The translations under genes and the position numbers were made by a program. The notes beneath the pieces are model-generated. The model was not told the origin of the DNA and searched no databases. It was given only the letters and a program-made list of their open reading frames with translations. This document shows, piece after piece, positions 27,783 to 37,411 of a DNA stretch of 64,000 nt (the stretch's first letter is position 1; every line of letters begins with the position of its first letter). Source of the stretch: Candidatus Woesearchaeota archaeon. GTDB taxonomy: Archaea; Nanobdellota; Nanobdellia; Woesearchaeales; DSVV01. The stretch spans positions 98,283 to 162,282 of the forward strand of contig JACPTB010000002.1 in the NCBI GenBank assembly GCA_016192995.1, written 5' to 3'.

Positions 27783-28994
27783 TTAAGATATAATTACATT
27801 ATTAATATCTTCAATATCTTTAAACTGTTTCACAAGAATCTTTTTAGAAAATGAGGACTTTTCAAAGAATTCTAACTCTTTTTCTTCAATCTTCTTTTTA
27901 TATTTTACTTCTATGGCAATTGTTTTCTTTTTAATTAGTATGATAAAATCAATCTCTTTATTGTTTTCAAAATAATAGTATAGAGGATACTGTTTAATCT
28001 TAAGATATACTAAATTTTCAACTAAGCTTCCTTTATCTTTAAATCCAACAAAAGCATTTCGTATACCTACATCTGCAATGTACAATTTTTTGGGAGAATG
28101 AATTTTTTCATTAAGAGATTTTGCATACCTATCAATTGAATAAAACAAAAAAGTATCTTTAAAATATTCAAGAAATCTCCGTATGGTATCAACACTTACT
28201 GAAAGCACTCTCGCAAGCTTAGACAGGGTTATTGTTTTGCCAGCTCGTTCACAAAGTAATTGAAACATTTTCTCAACAATATCTTTTTCTTTAATATTAT
28301 GATAGGCAATAATATCTTTATAGAGTATTTGTTCGATAGTATTTTTTAAACAGTTTACATCTTGAGTAAGCACATATTCTGGCATACCTCCTATTTTGAG
28401 ATATTCTTCAAAGTAGCTTTCAAGTAAATACTGTTCTGATGGTAGTATATTGATATTTTTAAATTGAAGAAATTCAGTAAAATCTAACGGAAGAACTTCA
28501 ATGATTAATGACCTGCCAACAAGATAATTATTTTTTGATTTAAGCAATGATGCTGATGATGAAGATGCAAAAAATTTAATATTTTCAAGATCATAAAAGT
28601 TTTTTAATTCCTGCTCAAAAGATGATGATTGTGTTACTTCATCTAAAAAAACATAAATGGGTGTTTCCAAACCAATACTATGCATTTTTCTATATTCTTC
28701 AACCAATTGGTGTATTGTTTTATCTTTAAAAGAAATAAAATCCATAGTCAGATAGAAAATTCTCTTAGGTTCTGTTGTCGAAAGCAAATAGTGGATAAGC
28801 TGCTTTAATAAGGTTGTTTTTCCTACTCTTCGCAGACCTGAGAGAAATACTATTTGTTTTGTTTGAAGCTCTTGTTTCATCAAACTAAGGTATTTTTCCC
28901 TTGTAAGACCTGCAGAAAACTCCTTTTTCTCCCACCAAGGATTCATTAATGAAAATATCTGTTGTAAATCATCCATAAGCATATTAAACCACAT
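27783..28994 (-). CDS. AAA ATPase, COG1373/DUF4143 family
   Basis: Walker A GLRRVGKTTLL, Walker B VFLDEV, C-terminal DUF4143-like. Confidence 0.65.
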   Translation of the reverse strand: MWFNMLMDDLQQIFSLMNPWWEKKEFSAGLTREKYLSLMKQELQTKQIVFLSGLRRVGKTTLLKQLIHYLLSTTEPKRIFYLTMDFISFKDKTIHQLVEEYRKMHSIGLETPIYVFLDEVTQSSSFEQELKNFYDLENIKFFASSSSASLLKSKNNYLVGRSLIIEVLPLDFTEFLQFKNINILPSEQYLLESYFEEYLKIGGMPEYVLTQDVNCLKNTIEQILYKDIIAYHNIKEKDIVEKMFQLLCERAGKTITLSKLARVLSVSVDTIRRFLEYFKDTFLFYSIDRYAKSLNEKIHSPKKLYIADVGIRNAFVGFKDKGSLVENLVYLKIKQYPLYYYFENNKEIDFIILIKKKTIAIEVKYKKKIEEKELEFFEKSSFSKKILVKQFKDIEDINNVIIS

Positions 28995-29199
28995 ACTTAT
29001 TTATATAGTTTACGATAGTATAGTACGATAATACTATTTATCTTACGATAATATCTCAAACTATAAATAATGCATAACAAGGAAAATGTTCTCGTTTTCA
29101 AAAGAAAATCAATCATTTTATATACTACTACATACAAAGTATGTAGTAATATACTAAAATATGTAATAGTATGTAATAAACAATAGTAGTACCCAAAAC

Positions 29200-29340
29200 A
29201 TGAAAGAACGTATAACAGTTACTATTGAAGGCGATTTATTGAATTGGATTGACAAAAGAATAGAAGACAAACTTTTTGCCAATAGAAGCCATGCATTTGA
29301 GTACTTAATAAAAAGAAAAATGATAAAGAGGTGGCCATAA
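29200..29340 (+). CDS. small ribbon-helix-helix protein (not in ORF track)
   Basis: 46 aa MKERITVTIEGDLLNWIDKRIEDKLFANRSHAFEYLIKRKMIKRWP; CopG-like pattern. Confidence 0.5.
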   Translation: MKERITVTIEGDLLNWIDKRIEDKLFANRSHAFEYLIKRKMIKRWP

Positions 29341-29457
29341 TCGAAATAAAACTTTCTCCATTGTACTATCTCTTCTCCAAAAAAGGCTATAAAAGTCTTT
29401 TTTGGAGTGAAGATGAAAGAGATATGATAATACATCCAGAAAAAGAGGTAAGCAGCT

Positions 29458-30714
29458 ATGAAAATACAGTTTCTTGGAGCAGCTAGAGAAGTAGGAAGAA
29501 GTTGCATCTTAGTAGATGACACCTACTTATTAGACTGCGGCATCAAAATTAGTTCTGAAGGACAGGAATATCCACAGCTGCCAAATGTAGCCAAAATAAA
29601 AGCAGCTTTTCTCAGCCATGGGCACCTTGATCATTGCGGCGCGTTTCCTTATTTTAATTTCAAAGGACTTAATTGCAATATTTACTGCACTTCTATGACA
29701 AAAAAAATTGCAAAAATTCTTCTCCATGATTCTATTCACATTGAAATGCTTTCAACAAGAGAGCCTGCTTATTCAGAGGATAACATCAGCAATGTATTGG
29801 GTTTGATGAATGAAGTTAAATTCCATCACCCTTTTTCCATAGAAAAAGGCACTGCTGAGTTTTTAGACGCCGGCCATATTCCTGGAAGTTCTTCAGTGCT
29901 TTTAACCATTAACGATAAAAAAATATTATACACGGGAGATATTAATACATCAACCACTAATTTGATGGAGGGATTAAGATATCAGCTTCAGGATATTGAA
30001 GTGATGATTTGTGAAACAACCTATGGAGATAGAGAACATCCTGACAGAAATGAAAGTGAAAATAATTTTCTTAATGGTATTGAAGCAACACTAAAACAAA
30101 AAGGAAAAGTGCTTATCCCCTGCTTTTCTGTTGGCAGAGCACAAGAAGTGATCTTAATGCTCGGCAAAAGAAAAATCAATGTTCCTATATATGTAGATGG
30201 TATGGCAAAAAAAGTGACAAAGATAGTATTGCAGCAGCCTGAGTATCTTAGGAATGGCCATGCATTGCGAAAAGCATCAGAGGCAATAAAAACCATAAAA
30301 AGCTCTCGACAAAGAGCAGAAGTAGTAAAAGAACAATGCATTGTAGTAACAACCTCTGGTATGTGCGTTGGCGGACCAGTATTGGATTACATTAAATTAT
30401 TATATCATGATGAGAAAACAGGCATTTTTCTTACAGGATATCAAGCTGAAGGTAGCAACGGAAGATTATTGATGGAAGAGCAAAAAGCCTTTGTTGATGG
30501 GATGATGTTAAATGTAAAATGCCATATTGAAAAATTTGATTTTTCAGCGCATTGTGGAAGAAAAGAATTAGTAGCATTGATTAATGACATACAACCAAAG
30601 CATCTCATCCTAAACCATGGTGATGAAGAAGCTATGGAAAGCATCAAAAAAGAATTCAGCAAGAAGATGAAGGTGTACACACCGGAATTAAATCAGACAA
30701 TTACCATAGTATAA
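29458..30714 (+). CDS. metallo-beta-lactamase / beta-CASP ribonuclease (aRNase J / aCPSF-like)
   Basis: HGHLDHCG (HxHxDH), beta-CASP motif A CETTYG, C-terminal LNHGDEE His motif. Confidence 0.7.
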   Translation: MKIQFLGAAREVGRSCILVDDTYLLDCGIKISSEGQEYPQLPNVAKIKAAFLSHGHLDHCGAFPYFNFKGLNCNIYCTSMTKKIAKILLHDSIHIEMLSTREPAYSEDNISNVLGLMNEVKFHHPFSIEKGTAEFLDAGHIPGSSSVLLTINDKKILYTGDINTSTTNLMEGLRYQLQDIEVMICETTYGDREHPDRNESENNFLNGIEATLKQKGKVLIPCFSVGRAQEVILMLGKRKINVPIYVDGMAKKVTKIVLQQPEYLRNGHALRKASEAIKTIKSSRQRAEVVKEQCIVVTTSGMCVGGPVLDYIKLLYHDEKTGIFLTGYQAEGSNGRLLMEEQKAFVDGMMLNVKCHIEKFDFSAHCGRKELVALINDIQPKHLILNHGDEEAMESIKKEFSKKMKVYTPELNQTITIV

Positions 30715-30743
30715 AATTAAAGATCAAAAAAGAGGTTAACGAT

Positions 30744-31049
30744 ATGAAACTAACTGCCGAAGATTTCATAGAAGTTATTGATGAAGAAGAACTTTACAAA
30801 CTAAAAACAGATTTGTATAATGGCTCTGTTGCATTAAAAAAAATGGTTGACAGCAAATTAAAGCAATTAGAAGATAAAAAGCGTGGATTTTGCAACACCT
30901 GCGGAGAAGATTTACTAGAACTTGATGGTAGTTTCACCCTGTTGTTCGGTCCTGAAGATTTTAAGAAGAAGGTATCTTTCTGCGCCCATGATTGTTTGGA
31001 ATACTTCCTCAATGAAATAAAAAAAAGGCCAGAAGAAAAAAAGTTATAA
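30744..31049 (+). CDS. hypothetical Cys-containing small protein
   Basis: 101 aa with CNTCGE...CAHDC. Confidence 0.3.
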   Translation: MKLTAEDFIEVIDEEELYKLKTDLYNGSVALKKMVDSKLKQLEDKKRGFCNTCGEDLLELDGSFTLLFGPEDFKKKVSFCAHDCLEYFLNEIKKRPEEKKL

Positions 31050-31171
31050 TCATTCAAAAAGAGGTGGTTACATGGAAGATAGCAAAAAAAAGACCAATGA
31101 CGAGATTTACGATCAATGGGTTGAATACATGAAAAAAAGAAAAGAAATGAAGCAACAATAAGGAGCTAAAA

Positions 31172-31816
31172 ATGCCTGAAATCGAGTTTGCGGTGTTGAT
31201 CTTCTGGTTTACTTCGTTGTTCTCTATAGTTAATCCTATATCTGCTGCTATTATTAGTTTAGGTTTTATGAAAAATTATACGCATCAAGAAAGAAAAGAA
31301 GTTGCAAAAAGAGCTGCAATAATAGCAAGTGTTGTTTTAATCATTTTTAGTTTAGCAGGCAATGCCGTCTTCAGATTTTTTAGTGTGAGCCTGGAAGCGC
31401 TCTATATTGGTGGAGGGATTTGTATTTGCTTGATTGGGTTTAGGATGCTCAATCCTCATGAATTTCATAAAAGATTGCATCCTGAAGTGCATGCAGAAGC
31501 ATTGAAAAAAGATGATGTTTCAGTGATGCCACTGGCAGTGCCGTTGCTTTCTGGTCCTGGCGCCATAGCTACAACCATATTGATAAGCTCAAAGATAACA
31601 ACAACTACAGAACGGGCATTATTAGGTATGGTTATTGTAGTATTAGGAATTTTAATATACCTTTGTATTGGAAACGCTGATCGGATTGATAAATTTCTAG
31701 GAAAAACTGGGGCAAAAACTGTAGAAAAAATCATGGGAATTATTATTGTCACCATAGGAATTCAGTTTATTCTCAATGGAATTACAAAATATGCATTCTT
31801 AACATTTGGAATTTAA
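31172..31816 (+). CDS. MarC-family (UPF0056) integral membrane protein
   Basis: 214 aa, 6 TM, NPI motif in TM1. Confidence 0.45.
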   Translation: MPEIEFAVLIFWFTSLFSIVNPISAAIISLGFMKNYTHQERKEVAKRAAIIASVVLIIFSLAGNAVFRFFSVSLEALYIGGGICICLIGFRMLNPHEFHKRLHPEVHAEALKKDDVSVMPLAVPLLSGPGAIATTILISSKITTTTERALLGMVIVVLGILIYLCIGNADRIDKFLGKTGAKTVEKIMGIIIVTIGIQFILNGITKYAFLTFGI

Positions 31817-31862
31817 AATTAAAGAATAAATATTTATAAACAATTAAAAAGTTCTCTATGTT

Positions 31863-33587
31863 ATGGAAACAGATTTTTATCGAGAGATAATTGAAGCAGT
31901 AAAAAATAAAAAATTAGAACCAGAAAACTTAAACAAAATAAAGCGTGAACTTTCAAAAAAATATAAATTAGGATATATTCCAACAAATATTGAAATTTTA
32001 TTAAGAGCTAAAAAAACTGAGCGCGAGAAATTAAAAGCATTGCAATTAAAACCAACACGTTCTATTTCTGGGGTTGCAAACGTAGCAATTATGTCTGCGC
32101 CATATGCCTGCCCTCCGCAAGCGCAATGCACCTTCTGCCCTGGAGGTCCAAACTCGCAGTTTGGGACAGTTCCTAAATCATATACAGGCCATGAGCCAAG
32201 CACGATGAGAGGAATCAGAAATGACTATGATCCTTATTTACAAGTGTTTAATCGTATTCAGCAATATGTTTTGCTGGGGCATAGCTTTGATAAAATTGAA
32301 TTAATTATTATGGGTGGCACATTTACCAGTTACAGCAAAGTGTATCAGGAAAAGTTTATCAAATACGCTTTAAAAGCAATGAATGATTTTTCTGATCTTT
32401 TTTTTATTGAAAAAAGATTCAATATCGAAAAATTCAAGGAATTTTTCGAGCTGCCTGGAGATATTGAAGACCATGAGCGTGCAGCAAAAATTAAAGAAAA
32501 ATTGCTTAAAATAAAAGGAGACAGCGCGTTAGATAAAGAACAGCAGCGTAATGAAAAAGCAAATATAAAATGTGTTGGATTAACTTTGGAATCACGATCC
32601 GATTATTTGAAAAAAGATTATGCAAATTACATTCTTGAGCTTGGCTGCACAAGAGTTGAAATAGGAATACAGTCAGTGTATGAAAAACCTTTGATCATGG
32701 TAAAAAGGGGTAATACAACGCAAGATAATATAGAAGCAATCCGAGATCTGAAAGATCTCGGATTTAAAATAAACCTTCATTATATGTTAGGATTGCCTGG
32801 TATTAAAGACAAAAAGGAAGATCTTGAAGGTATGAAACAGTTATTTTCTAATCCTGATTACAAACCTGATATGTTAAAGATATATCCATGTATGGTGTTC
32901 AAAGGAACACCATTGTATGAAGAGTATGTTAAAGGAAACTATAAACCATACAGTACTGAAGAAGCTGCTAAAATGATTGCAGCATTCAAGCCTTTTGTCG
33001 GCCGTTATTGCAGAATAATGAGAGTTAACCGTGACATTCCTTCTAAAATGAACGAAGCAGGAATTGATAAAACCAATTTACGTCAGTATGTAGACCAGTT
33101 TAATCATCACTGCAAATGTATAAGATGCAGAGAAGTTGGCCACGTTTATAAAAAAACAGGAAAAAAACCTGAAAAGATAGCATGTATTATTGAAGAATAT
33201 GAAGCAAGCAAAGGAAAAGAATTCTTTATTTCATATGAAGATAAAGAACAAGATATTCTGCTCGGATTTATCAGAATGCGATTCCCGAGCAGAATATTAA
33301 GAAAGGAGATTACTAAAACAAGTGCTTTAATCAGAGAGCTTCATGTGTATGGATCTGCAGTAATGATTGGAAAAAAAGAATCGTTATCCATAACAAGTAT
33401 TGCACAGCATAAAGGTTTAGGAAAAAAACTATTGAAAAATGCGGAAACTATTGCAAAGAAACAGGGAAAAGATAAAATAGTAATAATCGCAGCATTAGGA
33501 ACAAGAGAATACTATCGAAAATTAGGTTATAGAAAAGAAGGACCATATATGATAAAGAAACTTAGAGTTTCTTTATCAGTCGAGTAG
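31863..33587 (+). CDS. elp3: Elp3-family radical SAM / GNAT acetyltransferase
   Basis: CPPQAQCTFCPGGPNSQFGTVPKSYTGHEPSTMRGIRNDYDPY Elp3 signature; C-terminal GNAT QHKGLGKKLL; stop codon TAG spans junction with MITE. Confidence 0.85.
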   Translation: METDFYREIIEAVKNKKLEPENLNKIKRELSKKYKLGYIPTNIEILLRAKKTEREKLKALQLKPTRSISGVANVAIMSAPYACPPQAQCTFCPGGPNSQFGTVPKSYTGHEPSTMRGIRNDYDPYLQVFNRIQQYVLLGHSFDKIELIIMGGTFTSYSKVYQEKFIKYALKAMNDFSDLFFIEKRFNIEKFKEFFELPGDIEDHERAAKIKEKLLKIKGDSALDKEQQRNEKANIKCVGLTLESRSDYLKKDYANYILELGCTRVEIGIQSVYEKPLIMVKRGNTTQDNIEAIRDLKDLGFKINLHYMLGLPGIKDKKEDLEGMKQLFSNPDYKPDMLKIYPCMVFKGTPLYEEYVKGNYKPYSTEEAAKMIAAFKPFVGRYCRIMRVNRDIPSKMNEAGIDKTNLRQYVDQFNHHCKCIRCREVGHVYKKTGKKPEKIACIIEEYEASKGKEFFISYEDKEQDILLGFIRMRFPSRILRKEITKTSALIRELHVYGSAVMIGKKESLSITSIAQHKGLGKKLLKNAETIAKKQGKDKIVIIAALGTREYYRKLGYRKEGPYMIKKLRVSLSVE

Positions 33588-33843
33588 TACGTAATAAGTC
33601 TGGGGTTTTAGCACCTACTTTTGTGAAGCTGTTCTTATATTTGCTGTGAGGATTTTTCGGGGTTCCTTGCCGATAGGCAAGTCTTATAATCCCAGACGCA
33701 AGCCAAATTATGACTCCTTGATTTATAAGAAAAATCCAATTGAAACACACTTCAAAAGCTGAACTGGCGCTACCTGAATCCGAAGGATCTCAGGGATTAA
33801 AAATAGTAATTTTTAATAAAACCATAAAAGACTTATTACGTAC
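33587..33843 (+). mobile_element. MITE-like element, family 2, copy C (257 bp) with TIR and 8-bp TSD
   Basis: TIR GTACGTAATAAGTCT / AGACTTATTACGTAC; direct repeat GTCGAGTA at 33579-33586 and 33844-33851; core hairpin 33650-33737 carrying a nested insert. Confidence 0.85.
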
Positions 33844-33903
33844 GTCGAGTATAAACATTTATATACTAGTAGCTACATGAAATGATTAAGAGGTGGTACT
33901 AGT

Positions 33904-34551
33904 ATGGCTAAAAAGAATACGCCCAAGAACAATTCACATTTCTCAGTTTACATCTATTTAGTAGCAATTGTCGCTATTGTTGCTATTTTTTATATAGTTT
34001 TAATGCAGAAAGAATCACCAGCAATTAAAGACGCAGAAACTTCAACAAATGTTATTACCGGTAATGTAATTTCTCCATTAAGTGGCAATCGTGATACGTA
34101 TGCAGTTAAGAGATATTTTATTAATAATAATGAGGATTGGTCAACAAGAATAGAAGTTGCCATTGCATCAGCTAAAGAGCCGGTGACTGATGTAATTCAC
34201 AAAACATATGGTGTCAGCACAAAAGTTACCTCTGAAGAAAGCGCAAAAGAGGTAGGAACATTAAGTTGTACAGTTAGCAAAGAAGGATCATACGGCAGAG
34301 TTGGAAAAAAAAATGAAAAAAATTGGAACCAAGTAAGATATGACTGTAAAGCAAGTTTCCCTGAAATTTCAACGTCTGACGCAAACAAAAGACACACTAT
34401 TACCGTAATAGACAGTTACGGTAATGTAGGAAAAGAAGAAGATGTTGATGATGATCGCCCTGAATTTACTGAGTTTAAATATGGTTCTTCATCAAAGAAA
34501 AAAGTGTATTTTGGAACAGTATTAGACCGATGGGAATTAGATAAAAGTTAG
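33904..34551 (+). CDS. membrane-anchored hypothetical protein
   Basis: N-terminal TM anchor VYIYLVAIVAIVAIFYIVL; RBS AGAGGTGG upstream. Confidence 0.45.
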   Translation: MAKKNTPKNNSHFSVYIYLVAIVAIVAIFYIVLMQKESPAIKDAETSTNVITGNVISPLSGNRDTYAVKRYFINNNEDWSTRIEVAIASAKEPVTDVIHKTYGVSTKVTSEESAKEVGTLSCTVSKEGSYGRVGKKNEKNWNQVRYDCKASFPEISTSDANKRHTITVIDSYGNVGKEEDVDDDRPEFTEFKYGSSSKKKVYFGTVLDRWELDKS

Positions 34552-35037
34552 GTGAGATACATGGAACATAAATATAATTGGGTAATATTAGCTGTAGTTG
34601 CTGCGGTTGGCGTATTTACGTTATTTTTTGGAACAAATAATAATAATAATATGACTGGTTACGCATTTGTAGATGCCGGAATGAGCAAATCACAAGTTGC
34701 TCTTGATTATTACCAAGAAAGGCTCCCTAATGGAGATCGAGCATTTGTTGTTTTAACAAGTGATAAAGTAGAAGATATTTTATTGTATAAATGGCGTCTT
34801 GGAACTATCAGAGAAACAAGAAGCGCCAAAGAAGAAGGATTATTAACAGAAAAAGGCGCTACATTTATCGAACCATTATATAATTACAAAACTGATATGG
34901 GTTATGTATATACCGTGCGAGCACTGCATAGTTCAGGAAAGATGACAAGCCATTATAAGGTAAAGAATATTATTGCTTATAACCAAAAGCAATTATCTAA
35001 GCTTCGTAATGAGAAAGGCACATTTACCCATCAATAG
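34552..35037 (+). CDS. membrane-anchored hypothetical protein
   Basis: N-terminal TM WVILAVVAAVGVFTLFF; directly abuts previous ORF. Confidence 0.45.
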   Translation: MRYMEHKYNWVILAVVAAVGVFTLFFGTNNNNNMTGYAFVDAGMSKSQVALDYYQERLPNGDRAFVVLTSDKVEDILLYKWRLGTIRETRSAKEEGLLTEKGATFIEPLYNYKTDMGYVYTVRALHSSGKMTSHYKVKNIIAYNQKQLSKLRNEKGTFTHQ

Positions 35038-35574
35038 GTGAAGCCATTGCTGCATAAGATGAGTAAAAATACAGAAGTTGTGTTTATTGTTCTCATAGTA
35101 GTTGTTAGCTTTTTTGCTGTAACTAGTACAAAAAACCAAAGTAATGTAATAACAAGTAATGCATTTAGAACAAACCCTCACGTAAGCATGACAAGCGATG
35201 GAACAACATTTAAAACAGAAGAAACAACAGAATATAAAGGTCCATTGCATATTTATGCTGAAACAAATCAAATAAAAGATCCATTAAAAGATATTTTTCT
35301 AACCATAGCAATCAAAGGAAAGCAGGTTGCAGAGCATCAAGCTTCAAAAGAGGCTGATTTTTTTTATTGTAAAGAAACAAATTCAAATGAAAGAAAGTAT
35401 GACTACGGTATTAAGCCATTGTATAAGTGTTTCACACAGTTCACCTTTGATTATGAAACAAGAACATATTATTTGGCAAAAGCACCAATATTTTCTCTTT
35501 CAAGTTTAGACCAATATGATCGAAGGGGAGTGCAGAGAAGAGTGATCTTGCAAGAAGGTCACGTAAATGGTTAG
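35038..35574 (+). CDS. membrane-anchored hypothetical protein
   Basis: N-terminal TM VVFIVLIVVVSFFAV; third of a tandem trio. Confidence 0.4.
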   Translation: MKPLLHKMSKNTEVVFIVLIVVVSFFAVTSTKNQSNVITSNAFRTNPHVSMTSDGTTFKTEETTEYKGPLHIYAETNQIKDPLKDIFLTIAIKGKQVAEHQASKEADFFYCKETNSNERKYDYGIKPLYKCFTQFTFDYETRTYYLAKAPIFSLSSLDQYDRRGVQRRVILQEGHVNG

Positions 35575-35587
35575 AGTGTGAGATAGT

Positions 35588-37006
35588 ATGATAACAATTA
35601 AGCAACAACCTGATAGCAATGTATTAATTATCCCATTATTCAAAGGAAAAGTGCCTAAATTAAATACAACACTTTCAAAAATTCTTTACTACAACAAAAC
35701 TTTTGCTGAGGAAGACAAATTTAATACGACGTTTATTGAGAGAGAAACAATCATCTTCGCTGGTTTAGGAGAAGAAAATAAATTAACACAGGAAAAAGCG
35801 CGTATTTTCGGTTCAAAAGTATATGGTTTTCTTAAAAGCAAGGAAATTAAAGAAGCTTCTCTGATTGAATTTTCATCAAAAGCTGAAATACTACAGGGAT
35901 TTGCAGAAGGCTGGCATTTGGCAGGATATGCCTTTGATAAATATAAAAAAGAAAAAGAAAAAAGAGTTGAAAACTTAACCTATGTTTCAAAAGAAAAAAA
36001 ACTGCAGGAAAATCTTGATAATGCTGCAAAAATAACTGAAGGAGTTATGATTACTCGTGATCTTGTTAATGAAATTCCTTCAACAGCGCATCCAAAATAT
36101 ATTGCAGATTATACAAAAAAATTATTTGTAAAAAGTAGTAAAGTAAAGGTTAAGATTCTTGGAAAGCCAGAAATTGAAAGATTAAAAATGGGTTGTTTAC
36201 TAGGTGTAAGCAGAGGTTCTCCTGGAGAACCGCAAGTAGTTATTATTGAATATACTGGATTGAAATCTTCCAAAAAACACCATGTTCTTGTAGGAAAAGG
36301 TGTTACCTATGACAGCGGTGGCTTAAACTTAAAACCGACAGGTTTCTTAGAAACCATGAAAGATGATATGGGCGGAGCAGCAGCGATTATTGGCGCTATA
36401 AAGGCAATAGAAAACTTGAATGTACCAATAAATATTACCGGCATCTTAGGTTGTGTTGAAAACCTGATTGGAAGCAATGCTTATAAGCCAGGAGATGTCT
36501 TAATCAGTGCCGCTGGTAAAAGTGTAGAAGTCGCAAATACTGATGCTGAAGGCAGATTAGTTTTAAGTGATTGCCTGCACTATGCTACAACATTAAAACC
36601 TGAAGCAATTATAGATCTTGCAACATTAACAGGTGCTGCGCTTGTAGTGATGGGAAAGAATTTTGCTTGTGTTATGGGTAATAATCAAAAAATGATTAAT
36701 GAAGTCATCAAAGCAGGCGAAGAATGCCATGAACGTTCATGGGAGCTGCCGCTTTATGATGAATTCAAAGAGGATATTAAAGGTAGTATTGCTGATCTCA
36801 AGAATTTAGGAAAACCTAAAGGAGAAGCTGGTACTATTGCAGGAGGGATATTCTTACAAGAATTTGTAGACAAGTACCCTTGGGTTCATATTGATATAGC
36901 TGGTCCTGTATGGTCAGACAGCCAAAAAAATTATATACCTGAAGGTGCTACTGGCTTTGGAGTAAGGTTATTAGTCCAACATTTTACCAATCTTACTCAT
37001 AAGTAA
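35588..37006 (+). CDS. pepA: leucyl aminopeptidase (M17 family)
   Basis: NTDAEGRLVLSD signature and metal-binding region. Confidence 0.85.
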   Translation: MITIKQQPDSNVLIIPLFKGKVPKLNTTLSKILYYNKTFAEEDKFNTTFIERETIIFAGLGEENKLTQEKARIFGSKVYGFLKSKEIKEASLIEFSSKAEILQGFAEGWHLAGYAFDKYKKEKEKRVENLTYVSKEKKLQENLDNAAKITEGVMITRDLVNEIPSTAHPKYIADYTKKLFVKSSKVKVKILGKPEIERLKMGCLLGVSRGSPGEPQVVIIEYTGLKSSKKHHVLVGKGVTYDSGGLNLKPTGFLETMKDDMGGAAAIIGAIKAIENLNVPINITGILGCVENLIGSNAYKPGDVLISAAGKSVEVANTDAEGRLVLSDCLHYATTLKPEAIIDLATLTGAALVVMGKNFACVMGNNQKMINEVIKAGEECHERSWELPLYDEFKEDIKGSIADLKNLGKPKGEAGTIAGGIFLQEFVDKYPWVHIDIAGPVWSDSQKNYIPEGATGFGVRLLVQHFTNLTHK

Positions 37007-37017
37007 GGTGAGAATGT

Positions 37018-37407
37018 ATGCCAGACATAAGAAAACAGTTAACCTGCCAGCGTTGCGGAAAAAGTATGCCAATAGATGATGTTAAATACCTTCCTAAGCC
37101 TGGAAGTTCTGATTATATAGTTAGTTGCATTCCATGTTTAGAAAAAAACAAACATCTTGAATCACACACTCCTAAAAGTATTCCTGAAACAAGCGAAGGT
37201 AAGAAGAAAGTATACTTTTGCGGAAGATGCAGATATAAATTCACCTATGATACTACAAAAAAAGCCACAACAAGATTAAAATGCCCTATGTGCGGCAAAG
37301 ATGATTTCTTAAACAAAGATTTGAAGACAAGCAAGGATGTGTTGAAAGAAGTTTCCAAGCCTGGATTTGATGAATTAAAAGCAGGTATTATGAGAAAAAA
37401 GTTTTAG
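37018..37407 (+). CDS. double zinc-ribbon protein
   Basis: CQRCG...CIPC and CGRCR...CPMCG. Confidence 0.35.
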   Translation: MPDIRKQLTCQRCGKSMPIDDVKYLPKPGSSDYIVSCIPCLEKNKHLESHTPKSIPETSEGKKKVYFCGRCRYKFTYDTTKKATTRLKCPMCGKDDFLNKDLKTSKDVLKEVSKPGFDELKAGIMRKKF

Positions 37408-37411
37408 AAGT

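Noticed and set aside
29154-29522. 122-aa minus-strand ORF in ORF track
   Set aside because: Overlaps a much more convincing 46-aa RHH gene on the plus strand and the start of the beta-CASP RNase gene. Low-complexity hydrophobic translation typical of antisense artefact.
33562-33750. 62-aa minus-strand ORF and the similar N-terminal 60 codons of ORF 11879
   Set aside because: Both are translations of MITE sequence (same peptide FNWIFL...PKNP...FTKVGAKTPD appears in different copies). Not genes.
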